Source: an uncultured delta proteobacterium (GTDB lineage: Bacteria > Desulfobacterota > Binatia > Bin18). Taken from it: 64,000 bases of DNA. The notes beneath the pieces are model-generated. The model was not told the DNA's origin, searched no databases, and saw only the letters and a list, made by a program, of their open reading frames with translations. Each line of letters starts with the position of its first letter. The first letter of the stretch is position 1. Below, piece after piece: positions 12,165 through 21,653 of this stretch. The stretch is taken from assembly GCA_963733195.1 (NCBI GenBank), contig CAVTCR010000056.1, positions 153,430-217,429 of the forward strand, read 5' to 3'. Both the position numbers and the translations under genes were made by a program.

Positions 12165-12325
12165 CTGCTGAGCCCTTCGACAAGCTCACCTGTGCCTGCA
12201 GCACTGGCGCAGGCAGGACAGGCTACACCTGGAGGGTGAAGGAAGCCTGAGTAACCCTGTCCCAGCTTCATCCTTCGACTCCGCTGCGCGTAGTTCATCC
12301 TGAGCTTTGTTGAAAAGATCGAGAC
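12165..12325. repeat. Composite REP-like palindrome with nested mini-elements
   Basis: CCCTTCGACAAGCTCA[CCTGTGCCTGCAGCACTGGCGCAGGCA]GGACAGGCT, related to copies at 26008, 38084, 43920, 53435 and 57008. Confidence 0.8.
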
Positions 12326-12363
12326 GAGCAGGAAAGTTTCCAGGAATAGAGACGAAGGGGATA

Positions 12364-13380
12364 ATGAAACTCGACACTATTCTTACAGTCAATTCATTCA
12401 AAGATGTCGCCCAACTTGCCCGAACAGTTGAAGACATGGGTTTTGATGCTCTATGGAGCCTGGAGAACCGTCACGAGCCGTTTATGCCGTTGGCAGTTGC
12501 CGCAAGTACGACCGAGAAACTCAATCTTGGAACATCAATTGCCCTGGCGTTTGTTCGCAGTCCGATGAATCTGGCGTATACGGCCTGGGATCTCCAAGCA
12601 GGGTCGAACGGACGTTTTATCTTAGGCTTGGGGACTCAAGTAAAAGGTCACAACGAACGTCGCTATAGTGTGAAGTGGGAGTCACCCGGACCGAAGCTGC
12701 GTGAGTTGATCCGTGCCCTGCGAACGATCTGGGATTGCTGGCAGAATGGCAGCAAGCTGGATTTCACTGGACAGTTCTACTCCTTTACGTTAATGCCGCC
12801 AGCGTTCAGCCCCGGCAAAATCGCCCAGCCGCATGTGCCGATTTACGTTGCCGGAGTCAATCCGTACATGTGTCGCTTGGCTGGTGAGCTTGGCGACGGC
12901 TTTCATGTGCATCCGTTTCATTCGACTAAGTATCTGCGTGATACAGTCCTGCCGCAGATCGAAGAAGGTGCGCGGAAAGCAGGGCGAAGCCGTAAAGACG
13001 TTGTGATGACCAGTTCCGTGTTTGCCATCATGGGCGACAGCAAGAAAGAGATCGAAGAAGCTCGTGAAGAAGCCCGTCGCCAGATTGCTTTTTATGCCTC
13101 AACTCGAACGTATAAGCCGGTGCTTGATGCTCATGGCTGGGGAGATGTCTGTCTCCGACTGCATGAGAAAACAGTGAAAGGTGATTGGGCTGGCATGGCT
13201 CAAGAGATCAGTGATGAAATGATGGCAGAATATACGATCACCGGCTCGCCACAAGAAATGCCTGGGCTTATCAAGGGACGTTATAACGGATTGTTAGACC
13301 GGGTTGCGTTCTATTACCCCTATCAACCCGGTCAAGACGAAAAACGTTGGCGGAAGATTGTGGAAGCATTTAAGTCTTGA
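12364..13380 (+). CDS. LLM-class, probably F420-dependent, oxidoreductase (TIGR03617-like)
   Basis: LGTSIALAFVRSP, AWDLQ, GRFILGLGTQVKGHNERRY, IAFYASTRTY. Confidence 0.88.
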   Translation: MKLDTILTVNSFKDVAQLARTVEDMGFDALWSLENRHEPFMPLAVAASTTEKLNLGTSIALAFVRSPMNLAYTAWDLQAGSNGRFILGLGTQVKGHNERRYSVKWESPGPKLRELIRALRTIWDCWQNGSKLDFTGQFYSFTLMPPAFSPGKIAQPHVPIYVAGVNPYMCRLAGELGDGFHVHPFHSTKYLRDTVLPQIEEGARKAGRSRKDVVMTSSVFAIMGDSKKEIEEAREEARRQIAFYASTRTYKPVLDAHGWGDVCLRLHEKTVKGDWAGMAQEISDEMMAEYTITGSPQEMPGLIKGRYNGLLDRVAFYYPYQPGQDEKRWRKIVEAFKS

Positions 13381-13387
13381 GGTATTT

Positions 13388-13420
13388 TCCTCTCCCTCTG
13401 GGAGAGGGCTAGGGTGAGGA
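13388..13420. repeat. CCCTCTCCC-type REP-like hairpin; also at 28749-28787 and 55576-55611
   Basis: CCTCTCCCTCTGGGAGAGGGCTAGGGTGAGG; its reverse complement follows hom and the second LLM gene. Confidence 0.75.
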
Positions 13421-13425
13421 GAAAG

Positions 13426-14548
13426 CTACGTCTTCAAAACCTCGTCAGTATGCTCCCCGAGTTGTGGTGCACGTTGAGTAAATGCTGCACGCTTACCGTC
13501 AAGCGACAATGGTAAGCTGTGCCAAGGCGATGTCCAGTCCTGGCTGTTGCCGAAACATTTCCAGTGCTTCAGTCTGCGGTTGGGCGAGCACTTCCGGGAT
13601 GGTCAGAATCGGCGCGCACGGGACGCCCGCTGCTTCGAGCGTGTCCATCCAGTATTCTTTGGTCTTTTCATGGAGAATTGCGCGGATCTCTGTCAACAAA
13701 TACTCCCTGTGAGCTAAGCGATCCGCATTGGTACGAAATCGTGAATCAGTTGCCCACTCGCTCCGACCTAGTGCATGTGCGAGTTTCACAAACAGTCGGT
13801 CGTTAGCGACACCGACGATCAGCGGTCCGTTTTTCGTCTCGAACGCGCCAAACGCGACTTGTCGCGGACTACCGGTAGCATGGCGTTCTGGAACTTTGCC
13901 GGTTACTGCATACTGTGCATACGAGTTACTAATCCAGAACAATGCAGTCTCAAAGAGTGAAGTTTCCACTACACAACCCCGCCCGGTTCGATCACGTTGT
14001 CGGAGGGCGGCGAGTGCAGCAATCGTAGTCCACATGCCTGTACCAATATCGACGACCGGTGCCCCCATGCGTAATGGTGGACCTCCTTCTTCCCCAGTCA
14101 TGCTCATCGGACCAGCGAACGCTTGCAGGAGAATCTCATATCCAGGTTTCAATTGCAGCGGACCCGTGTGGCCAAATGCGGCGATCGAGCAGTAGATCAG
14201 ACGCGGATTCATTTCGAAAAGGACAGATGGACCAAGTCCGACCTCTTCGGCATTACCAGGACGGAGATTCTGAATAAAAATGTCACTCTCGGCGATCAGG
14301 GAGTACAGTTGCTCCATGTCTGTGGGTTTCTTGAAGTCAATAGTGACAGAGCGTTTGTTCCGATTCACCAGATGAAACGTCGGCGAAGCACCTTCAATGA
14401 ATGGTGGACCCCAGCCGCGAGCATCATCGCCACCTTCTGGGCGTTCGATCTTGATGACATCTGCACCGAGACCAGCGAGAATCTCTCCAACGATAGGACC
14501 CGCCAAGTTCAGACCGACCTCGATGACCTTGATTCCCGATAGCGGCAT
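13426..14548 (-). CDS. CaiB/BaiF family class III CoA transferase; frameshift near 13515
   Basis: LGADVIKIERP, NRNKRS, DIFIQNLRPG; typical C-terminus SLPLSLDG...APQLGEHTDEVL* lies in another frame ending at 13426. Confidence 0.9.
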
Positions 14549-14601
14549 TTATTCCTCCTGTGCCTACATTTTATGGTATGTCTCTCGTACAATAGGGAGT
14601 T

Positions 14602-14940
14602 ATGGAACATTCAACAACTCAAGTGATCAAACAGATGCTTGTTGGGATAACGGGACTCTCTAAAGATGCTCTGCATGTCCATGTCGGGCTTGCGACCATG
14701 TTCGCTACCGCGATGGTTTTTCGTAAGGCGCTTCGCTCTCTCTGGCCTTGGCTTGCGGTGTTTGCTGCGGCCCTGTGCGGGGAGATGCTCGATATGTATG
14801 ACGACCTTGTTTCCTCAGGATACTGGCAGTGGGAAATGAGTGTTCACGACATCGCCAACACACTTTTCTGGCCTACGGTGTTGATGTTACTCGCCCGCGC
14901 CGGATTTTGGGCGCGAGTGACGCGAGGTCATGGTGCTTGA
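14602..14940 (+). CDS. Small integral membrane protein
   Basis: GGGAG RBS; three hydrophobic helices; KDALHVHVGL and HDIANTLFWP motifs. Confidence 0.75.
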   Translation: MEHSTTQVIKQMLVGITGLSKDALHVHVGLATMFATAMVFRKALRSLWPWLAVFAAALCGEMLDMYDDLVSSGYWQWEMSVHDIANTLFWPTVLMLLARAGFWARVTRGHGA

Positions 14941-14996
14941 CTGTACCGGGAGGGTAGCGGGTAGCGAAGTCTCGGTGGCGATAAAAGTCCCTCTCT

Positions 14997-15701
14997 TTAT
15001 TCCCTCAGGAGCCATTCCCGCTGTAATCGATTCGGAGCCAACCCCATTCGTGATTGACGTTCGGGAATGATCACAAAGCGCGATGACCGAACGATCCCCA
15101 ACTCTGAGATCCTTCGATAATTGTCGGATTCCTGCCAATGACTACAATTTGTGGTACTGCGCCAATACGTCAACAAAACATACTGCACCGGGGCGTGTTG
15201 AGGAGCGATGCCGACTGGTCCCCCAAAGAGGTAGGGGGTGGGAATTCGCTCGCCGATGACGGTTTCATAGGGGACGAGTGGAAACTCTGAGACCTGTGGG
15301 AGTGTTACATCGGCCCAATGTTGCTCGTTCGTTGAAAGTGGGGAGTCACGAAGGATGAATGTCTCGCAGAGGATTCTTCCCTCCGCACTTGCTGCCAGTC
15401 CAAGCAGGCGACCTTTCCGAAGGTAATACCCAGTCCACCAGACGTTACGTGCTTGATCCTGGACGTCGATATGGGCACGATTCAATTGCCATCGTTCCAT
15501 ATTTTCTAGAGTGTCGAACTTGGCAGTAAAGAACCACCACGGACTGCCTGAAATCGGTCCCCCGTAGGTCTCACAAAAACCTGGCTGTGACATCGCAAGC
15601 GGCATAAACTCTTCGTGACGCTTGTGGTATGCCTCGATTTGTTCTGGTCGTGGACGAAAGCCGCCGTCCAGAATATGAAGGGTAGGTTGCTGTTCAGGCA
15701 T
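14997..15701 (-). CDS. Antibiotic-biosynthesis-monooxygenase (ABM)-like dimeric alpha/beta-barrel protein
   Basis: AMSQPGF...F.TLENMERWQ...H...Q pattern and a second YW.S...W.ES motif. Confidence 0.6.
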   Translation of the reverse strand: MPEQQPTLHILDGGFRPRPEQIEAYHKRHEEFMPLAMSQPGFCETYGGPISGSPWWFFTAKFDTLENMERWQLNRAHIDVQDQARNVWWTGYYLRKGRLLGLAASAEGRILCETFILRDSPLSTNEQHWADVTLPQVSEFPLVPYETVIGERIPTPYLFGGPVGIAPQHAPVQYVLLTYWRSTTNCSHWQESDNYRRISELGIVRSSRFVIIPERQSRMGLAPNRLQREWLLRE

Positions 15702-15716
15702 GGGTGCTGTTCCTGT

Positions 15717-16289
15717 TCAGGTCTGGGCGTGACGATGTGAGGCAAGATCGAAAAACAGTTCTTGCCCTGGATTTCGCAATTCAGGCTGCTCACCGAGGCG
15801 AACTATCTTTGCAGTCATCTGTCCAGGGGCTAAGTCCAGGAGGCCAATTGTTCCCAAGCGAGTAGACCACAAATGCGGATGGGTCGGGCTACCGGAATTG
15901 ATTTGCAGCACGCCTTCTCGGTAGTCCAGTCGCTCGAAATGCGTATGGCCTGTGATGATGATGTCGGCATGCTCGCCTTTGAGATGATATTTCTTGAGTT
16001 CAGCAATCGGGCGATCTTCTGGCTCCATATCGTGGATCATTGCCACGCGCCAGCCTTCGAGATCGAGCCAGTGAATATCTTTCACGCGCGGATCGTCCCA
16101 GCCGCTGTCGTTGTTGCCACGGGCAGCTAATGTTGGTGCGATATCCTCTAACCAATCAATGACACGAGGAGTGACGATATCACCACCGTGCAGGATGAGA
16201 TCCACGCCAGCAAAGGCAGTCTTTACCTCGTCCCAGAGGTTACGGATGGTACTGGGGAGATGTGTGTCTGTGAGTAGGCCAATGCGCAT
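15717..16289 (-). CDS. YfcE/MJ0936-family metallophosphoesterase
   Basis: TDTH, HGGD, RGNND, GHTH, NSGSP. Confidence 0.9.
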   Translation of the reverse strand: MRIGLLTDTHLPSTIRNLWDEVKTAFAGVDLILHGGDIVTPRVIDWLEDIAPTLAARGNNDSGWDDPRVKDIHWLDLEGWRVAMIHDMEPEDRPIAELKKYHLKGEHADIIITGHTHFERLDYREGVLQINSGSPTHPHLWSTRLGTIGLLDLAPGQMTAKIVRLGEQPELRNPGQELFFDLASHRHAQT

Positions 16290-16323
16290 ATTGCGTTGTC
16301 CTCTAGAGAAGTCGTTTCGGTAT

Positions 16324-16410
16324 TGTCATTCTGAGTGAGGCGAAGAATCTTTTTTTCAGCAAGTTATGAAGAGAGATTCTTCACTACGTTGCTCTCCGTT
16401 CAGAACGACA
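16324..16410. repeat. TGTCATTCTGAG-type REP-like inverted repeat
   Basis: TGTCATTCTGAGTGAGGCGAAGAATCT...AGATTCTTCACTACG...TTCAGAACGACA; same family as 53393-53494. Confidence 0.8.
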
Positions 16411-16422
16411 AGATCACTCTGG

Positions 16423-17589
16423 CTAGTTGAGACCGTAACACTCCAGCACATTCTTCCCGAGAATCTTCGCCCGTGCTGACTCAGGTAAGAGACTCACCAA
16501 CTGTTCAAGATTAGGAATATACTTCGGTGGGTGGTCTGCATGGGGAAAGTCACTGGCCCAGAAGAACCGATCATCGCCAACGAACGGAATAACGCCCGCC
16601 AATGAGCGTTCATCCGGATCACCCGATACCCAGCACTGTCGTTTGAAGTAGAAACTTGGCTTCTCTTTGAGCGGGACGCTCTTGCCGATCGGTGACTCAT
16701 ATACTGCGTCCATCCGGTCAAGCCAGTAGCCTACCCAACCGGCACCGATTTCGAGAATCACCACGCGTAACTCAGGGAACTTATCGAAGACGCCGTACTG
16801 AAAGAGCGACGTAAAGCCTTCACGAATGACATTACCAAGCACGACATTCTGAAAGAATGCAGTGTCGCGGCCCGTCATACGCCCAAAGCGCGTAGGCGCT
16901 GCCCAGTGGGGTTCAAATGAGGGATGAAGCCCAAACGGCAACCCCAGCTCTTGGGCTGTGGCAAAGAGACGATGATGATCTGGATGACCATGTACTTTGC
17001 GGCTCCAAATAAAGGGCGCGGAATAGAAACCTTTCACGCCATCCTTGGCTGCGCGACGGAGTTCTTCCTCCGCAAGTTCAGGGATGCCGAACGGAATGTG
17101 AGCAATCGGCAGCAAGCGACCTCCGGAATCAGAGCAAAAATCGACAATCCAACGATTGTATGCACGGGCATACGCTAGTGCCAATTCGAGATCTTCACAC
17201 TCGGGCTCCCAGAGGAGTCCAAGGGTAGGGTAGAGGAACACGCGGTCGATGTTCTCGATATCGAGGCGTTTGAGCCGTTCCTTAGGGTCCATCGACCCGA
17301 ACGAAGCGTTATCGACATAGCCAGAGCCGGTCGGTTCGCGTTTATATTCGATACCCGCAAGCTGATCCATCACTCCAAGTGACGATGGTGCGCCATTGCG
17401 CGTCATTCTGGAGGGTTTGTTATCGACTTCAAGATATTCCAACCCGCGCTCATCTTTGCGAATGCGCACCGCGCGGTCGCGATATTTTGGTTCGAGATAT
17501 TTTTCCCATAGGTCTGGGGCTTCGAGGATATGACCGTCGGCGTCGACGACGCCAGAAGCGTGTATGCGTGGCAGATCAGCGGGAGTCAT
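16423..17589 (-). CDS. Amidohydrolase-2 family protein
   Basis: VDADGHILE, ARAYNRW, LEIGAGW, WASDFPHAD. Confidence 0.9.
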   Translation of the reverse strand: MTPADLPRIHASGVVDADGHILEAPDLWEKYLEPKYRDRAVRIRKDERGLEYLEVDNKPSRMTRNGAPSSLGVMDQLAGIEYKREPTGSGYVDNASFGSMDPKERLKRLDIENIDRVFLYPTLGLLWEPECEDLELALAYARAYNRWIVDFCSDSGGRLLPIAHIPFGIPELAEEELRRAAKDGVKGFYSAPFIWSRKVHGHPDHHRLFATAQELGLPFGLHPSFEPHWAAPTRFGRMTGRDTAFFQNVVLGNVIREGFTSLFQYGVFDKFPELRVVILEIGAGWVGYWLDRMDAVYESPIGKSVPLKEKPSFYFKRQCWVSGDPDERSLAGVIPFVGDDRFFWASDFPHADHPPKYIPNLEQLVSLLPESARAKILGKNVLECYGLN

Positions 17590-17668
17590 GGGTTTGCTCC
17601 TTTTTCATGAAATCGGGCGAATCTTATTCCCCACCGATAGTCTTCACAAGAATGCGCCGTTGTTGGCG

Positions 17669-18163
17669 TCAAACCGTGCACGTACATCCGCATTCAAGGA
17701 TGATTTCCACTGGTGAAACTTTCCTGATTGTTCCATCGCGTCGCACGTGCAGGACTAACAGGGTGTATGGATCAAACACGACGACATCTTTGATGCCTTG
17801 AGAGAGGTAGAAGTGTGGGCCAATCTCCAGATCTTTTGCTTCATACCCTTTGCTGACGATCTCGATCACGGCTTCTGGAACCGACTTAATCGCTTCGTCT
17901 TCCTCAGAAGGTTCTTGGCAGAAAATCGCAATGTCCGGCCGTTTCAACGAACCATCAGGGAAGCTGACGTACACATCGGAAATATGAACACACATGCAGT
18001 CACTTTGCCGGGAATCCACAGGCTTTCCTTGTTGAATCGTTGCTCGAATGCGGTCGATCGCTTTCTGGTGTCGATACAACGGATGCGGCTCCCAAATTGG
18101 CAGCCCTGCGACAATCTCAAGTCGAATGCCGAGTTCATCGGCGCGGAGGAATTTGGAGTCCAT
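17669..18163 (-). CDS. Uma2-family (PD-(D/E)xK) endonuclease
   Basis: HQKAI, KRPDIAIF, PEAVIEIVS, KD...Y...GI. Confidence 0.85.
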   Translation of the reverse strand: MDSKFLRADELGIRLEIVAGLPIWEPHPLYRHQKAIDRIRATIQQGKPVDSRQSDCMCVHISDVYVSFPDGSLKRPDIAIFCQEPSEEDEAIKSVPEAVIEIVSKGYEAKDLEIGPHFYLSQGIKDVVVFDPYTLLVLHVRRDGTIRKVSPVEIILECGCTCTV

Positions 18164-18235
18164 ACGGTCCTTCTTGTCTACGGAGTGCAGGGGGGTTAGT
18201 CCTGCACTTGTCGGCGGTATTACGACATGCTCATC

Positions 18236-19099
18236 TTACTTCTTCTCCAGCTTGATGCCCAGTGCCTTTTGCGTCTCTGCCGGCAGGCCGGTGGGGTCAA
18301 GTAACAAGTTGTACAACTTGAGCCAGTGCGTATGCGCGAGCTGATGCAGAGCGAAAGAGGTTTGCATCGCCTGTTGGCGACCTTGCACATCTTGTGCAAC
18401 GTTGACTGCTTCTTTGGTCAGCTTCAGCGCAAACAGTGACTTCTTGGTGATCTTTGCCGCCATTTCGAGAGCAGCATCTTGCAGCTTTTCTTTCGGTACG
18501 ATCTGGTTGACCATACCAAGCTGTTTCGCCTCCTCTGCTGAGAGGAAGTCAGAGGTAAACAGCATTTCCTTGGCCTTGCGCACACCGACTTCCCAGGCGT
18601 GTTGGAAGAATTCGACTCCGCCAATACCGAAACTCACGACTGGATCGCTAAACTGGGCGTCCTCACTGGCAATGATAATGTCGCAGGGCCAGATCAGCAT
18701 GAGTCCGCCTGCGATACAGCGACCTTGCACCGCGGCAATGGTTGGTTTGGCTACATTGCGCCAACGCTCGCTAAAACCGACGTAGATTTCTTTTTCACGT
18801 GCCATCTGGGCTTCGGCGCCGGCGCAGGTGAACCCGCACCAAGTGCCGACCGTTCTGAACTCGGACATCTTCTGGTACGAATTCTGTTCACGCAGATCGT
18901 GGCCAGCAGAGAAATGTGGTCCATTGGCGGCGAGAATAATCACTTTGACATTATCGTCTTGCGCGGCGATGTCGAAAGCGTCATTCAATTCGTAGAGCAA
19001 TCGTGTGTCTTGCGAATTGCGGGTTTCTGGACGATTGAGCACGATGCGTGCGACATGCTCGGCTGGGGCTTCATACAGAATGGTTTGGAACTCTTTCAT
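18236..19099 (-). CDS. Enoyl-CoA hydratase/isomerase
   Basis: FSAGHDL, KPTIAAVQGRCIAGG. Confidence 0.92.
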   Translation of the reverse strand: MKEFQTILYEAPAEHVARIVLNRPETRNSQDTRLLYELNDAFDIAAQDDNVKVIILAANGPHFSAGHDLREQNSYQKMSEFRTVGTWCGFTCAGAEAQMAREKEIYVGFSERWRNVAKPTIAAVQGRCIAGGLMLIWPCDIIIASEDAQFSDPVVSFGIGGVEFFQHAWEVGVRKAKEMLFTSDFLSAEEAKQLGMVNQIVPKEKLQDAALEMAAKITKKSLFALKLTKEAVNVAQDVQGRQQAMQTSFALHQLAHTHWLKLYNLLLDPTGLPAETQKALGIKLEKK

Positions 19100-19181
19100 T
19101 GTGATTCCCTCCTGTGGGCAGATATTGCGCGATACTCTACACCTCTATATCTCAGGAGCCAATGATCGTAAGGGATAAGGT

Positions 19182-20006
19182 ATGGAAACAATTCGTGGGA
19201 ACGTACGCAAGCTGATCGCGACGGTGGAAACTCCGGTGGCCTACACCCTACCCTTGGGTGAGGAGCGTCTGCCGCTAAATCCTCTCCTCGGAAAGACGGT
19301 ACGCATTGAATATAGTGGTCAGATTCAGTGTGCAGGCTGTGGTCAACTCACCAAGAAGAGCTTTAATGAGGGGTTCTGTTTTCGCTGTTTTTCTACTCTG
19401 GCTCAATGTGATCTCTGTATCGTGAAACCGGAGCTGTGCCACTTCGCCAAAGGGACATGTCGTGAGCCAGAGTGGGGGCGGGCACACTGTATGCAACCTC
19501 ACTATGTGTATCTAGCCAACGCCTCGGGGATAAAAGTGGGCATTACCCGAGGCAGTCAGGTTCCGACACGCTGGCTTGATCAAGGAGCCGTACAAGCATT
19601 GCTCCTGTTGCAGGTCCACAGCCGCCACCAGGCTGGACTTGTCGAAGTGGCGATGAAACAGCATGTTTCTGACCGCACCGATTGGCGAAAGATGTTGAAG
19701 GGGGAACCGGAGATGCACGATTTGAAAGCCCAACGAGAAGGGCTTCTTGCTCGGTGTGCAGAGGCGCTGGCGACGAGCGCTGTCACGACAGAAAGACCTG
19801 AGCCTGTGTTCCTGGAGACAGAAGAGGTGCGGAAGTTCAACTATCCAGTCCTCACTTATCCCCAACGAGTGACTGCGTTAAACCTCGACAAAACTGCTGT
19901 AGTCGAGGGGACGTTACTTGGTATCAAAGGGCAGTACCTCATCTTTGATGTCGGTGTGCTCAACGTGCGGAAGTTCACCGGGTATCAAGTGACGGTGACG
20001 GCGTAA
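19182..20006 (+). CDS. DUF2797 family Cys-rich (Zn-binding) protein
   Basis: CAGCG...KSFNEGFCFRC...CDLCIVKPELCH, HYVYLAN, KVGITR, TRWLDQGA, GIKGQYL. Confidence 0.88.
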   Translation: METIRGNVRKLIATVETPVAYTLPLGEERLPLNPLLGKTVRIEYSGQIQCAGCGQLTKKSFNEGFCFRCFSTLAQCDLCIVKPELCHFAKGTCREPEWGRAHCMQPHYVYLANASGIKVGITRGSQVPTRWLDQGAVQALLLLQVHSRHQAGLVEVAMKQHVSDRTDWRKMLKGEPEMHDLKAQREGLLARCAEALATSAVTTERPEPVFLETEEVRKFNYPVLTYPQRVTALNLDKTAVVEGTLLGIKGQYLIFDVGVLNVRKFTGYQVTVTA

Positions 20007-20008
20007 CG

Positions 20009-20038
20009 TTGACAGTCCCGAGACCCGAAGGTTACTGT
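20009..20038 (+). promoter_or_regulatory. Putative sigma70 promoter
   Basis: TTGACA - 18 nt - TACTGT upstream of the AAGGAG RBS of the HpaB-like gene. Confidence 0.55.
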
Positions 20039-20076
20039 GCCGTCCCAACTGAAGTCAGTAAACAAGGAGTGCATAT

Positions 20077-21615
20077 ATGGCCGAAGCGGTAGCAAAAACG
20101 ACATTCGAACGTCCGAAACGAGTGCCCATGACTGGTGCGCAGTATCTGGAAGGTCTGCGTGATGATCGAGAAATCTGGATCAATGGTGAGCGCGTCAAGG
20201 ATGTGACAACGCATCCGGCGTTTCGCAATGGTGCCCGGTCAGTCGCACGATTGTATGACGCCTTGCATGATCCCGAGCAACAAGCTGTCCTCACTGGGCT
20301 TACGCCGAACGGTGCGCTAACTCACAAGTCGTTTCTACTCGCTCGGACGCCGCAAGAGCTGCTGGCGCGTTCTGAAGCGATGCGTGTCTGGAGTCGCTTG
20401 CACTTCGGCTTTATGGGTCGTAGCCCGGACTATAAAGCGGGACTGGTGGTGAGCCTTGGGGCGTGGCCGGAGTACTTTGCGCCGTATGCGGAAAATGCGA
20501 AGTATTGGTATCACAAATTATCAGATGAATGTCTGTATCTGAATCATGTCGGTATCAATCCAATGGTCGATCGCTCGAAGGCCCTTCACGAGCAAAAGGA
20601 AGTATTCGTCCGTGCCATCGAGGAACGTGATGACGGTATCGTGGTCAGCGGGGCAAAGATGGTCGGTACCGCTGCCGCGTTCACGCATTATAACTTCATT
20701 TTCAACTATGGTGCGGTGCCGCTCAGTGACGGTGATACCGATCACGCGTTGGTGTTCATCATTCCCACCAACGCACCAGGAGTGAAGTTGCTCTCGCGCC
20801 CATCATACGAGTTAGCTGCCAGCCGGTCTCATCCCTTCGATTATCCCTTGTCAAGTCGCTTCGACGAGAATGATGCAACTATGATTCTCGATCGTGTTTT
20901 TGTCCCGTGGGAGAATGTGTTTGTCTTTCGTGACATCCCCAAGACCAACGGATTCTTCCCACAAGCGCAAGTGCTGCAAAACCTCATGCTACAAGGGGCT
21001 ACACGCTTTGCAACCAAACTTGAATTCTTTACTGGGCTCTTTCTGATGGTCGCAGAGTCGAACGGCACTATCGGTTTTCGTGGCGTGCAAGAAAAACTCG
21101 GCGAGGCTATCGCCTACGTCCACACATTCAATGCCCTGGTGCGTGATGCGTGTTTGTCCCCTGATCCTGCTGCCAACGGCTATGTGGCTCCGTCGCATCG
21201 TTCGATGTGGGCCTATCGCGTTCAGGCACCCAGTGTCTACCCGCGCATGCGCGAGTTGATTGAACTGGTTGCAGCCGGCGGACTGATCCAGATTCCGTCG
21301 AGTGCCAAAGATTTTGCTAATCCTGCGTTGCGTCCGTTTCTTGACCAATATTACAAAGGTGCGAACATGAATGCCGAGCAGCGAGTGAAGCTGAGTAAGT
21401 TGGTGTGGGATGCTATCGGCAGTGAGTTCGGTGGCCGTCACGAACTATACGAACGCAACTATGCTGGCAATGTTGAAAACCTCAAGGTCGAAACTTTCTT
21501 TTCCTCACAAGCTGATGGCGATCGCGCAACGCTCGAACGTCTCGTGCAGTCTTGCCTCAGTGACTATGACCTCAATGGTTGGACCGTGCCGACGTGGATG
21601 GGGCCGGAAAAATAG
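20077..21615 (+). CDS. 4-hydroxyphenylacetate 3-hydroxylase-family (HpaB-like) flavin monooxygenase, oxygenase component
   Basis: TGAQYLEGLRDDRE, GRSPDYKA, DYPLSSRFDENDA, SEFGGRHELYERNY. Confidence 0.92.
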   Translation: MAEAVAKTTFERPKRVPMTGAQYLEGLRDDREIWINGERVKDVTTHPAFRNGARSVARLYDALHDPEQQAVLTGLTPNGALTHKSFLLARTPQELLARSEAMRVWSRLHFGFMGRSPDYKAGLVVSLGAWPEYFAPYAENAKYWYHKLSDECLYLNHVGINPMVDRSKALHEQKEVFVRAIEERDDGIVVSGAKMVGTAAAFTHYNFIFNYGAVPLSDGDTDHALVFIIPTNAPGVKLLSRPSYELAASRSHPFDYPLSSRFDENDATMILDRVFVPWENVFVFRDIPKTNGFFPQAQVLQNLMLQGATRFATKLEFFTGLFLMVAESNGTIGFRGVQEKLGEAIAYVHTFNALVRDACLSPDPAANGYVAPSHRSMWAYRVQAPSVYPRMRELIELVAAGGLIQIPSSAKDFANPALRPFLDQYYKGANMNAEQRVKLSKLVWDAIGSEFGGRHELYERNYAGNVENLKVETFFSSQADGDRATLERLVQSCLSDYDLNGWTVPTWMGPEK

Positions 21616-21625
21616 CGAGATGGTT

Positions 21626-21653
21626 ATAGGGGCACGATGCACTGTGCCTCTAC
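21626..21653. repeat. GTAG-type REP palindrome between convergent genes
   Basis: ATAGGGGCACGATGCACTGTGCCTCTAC imperfect palindrome. Confidence 0.65.
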
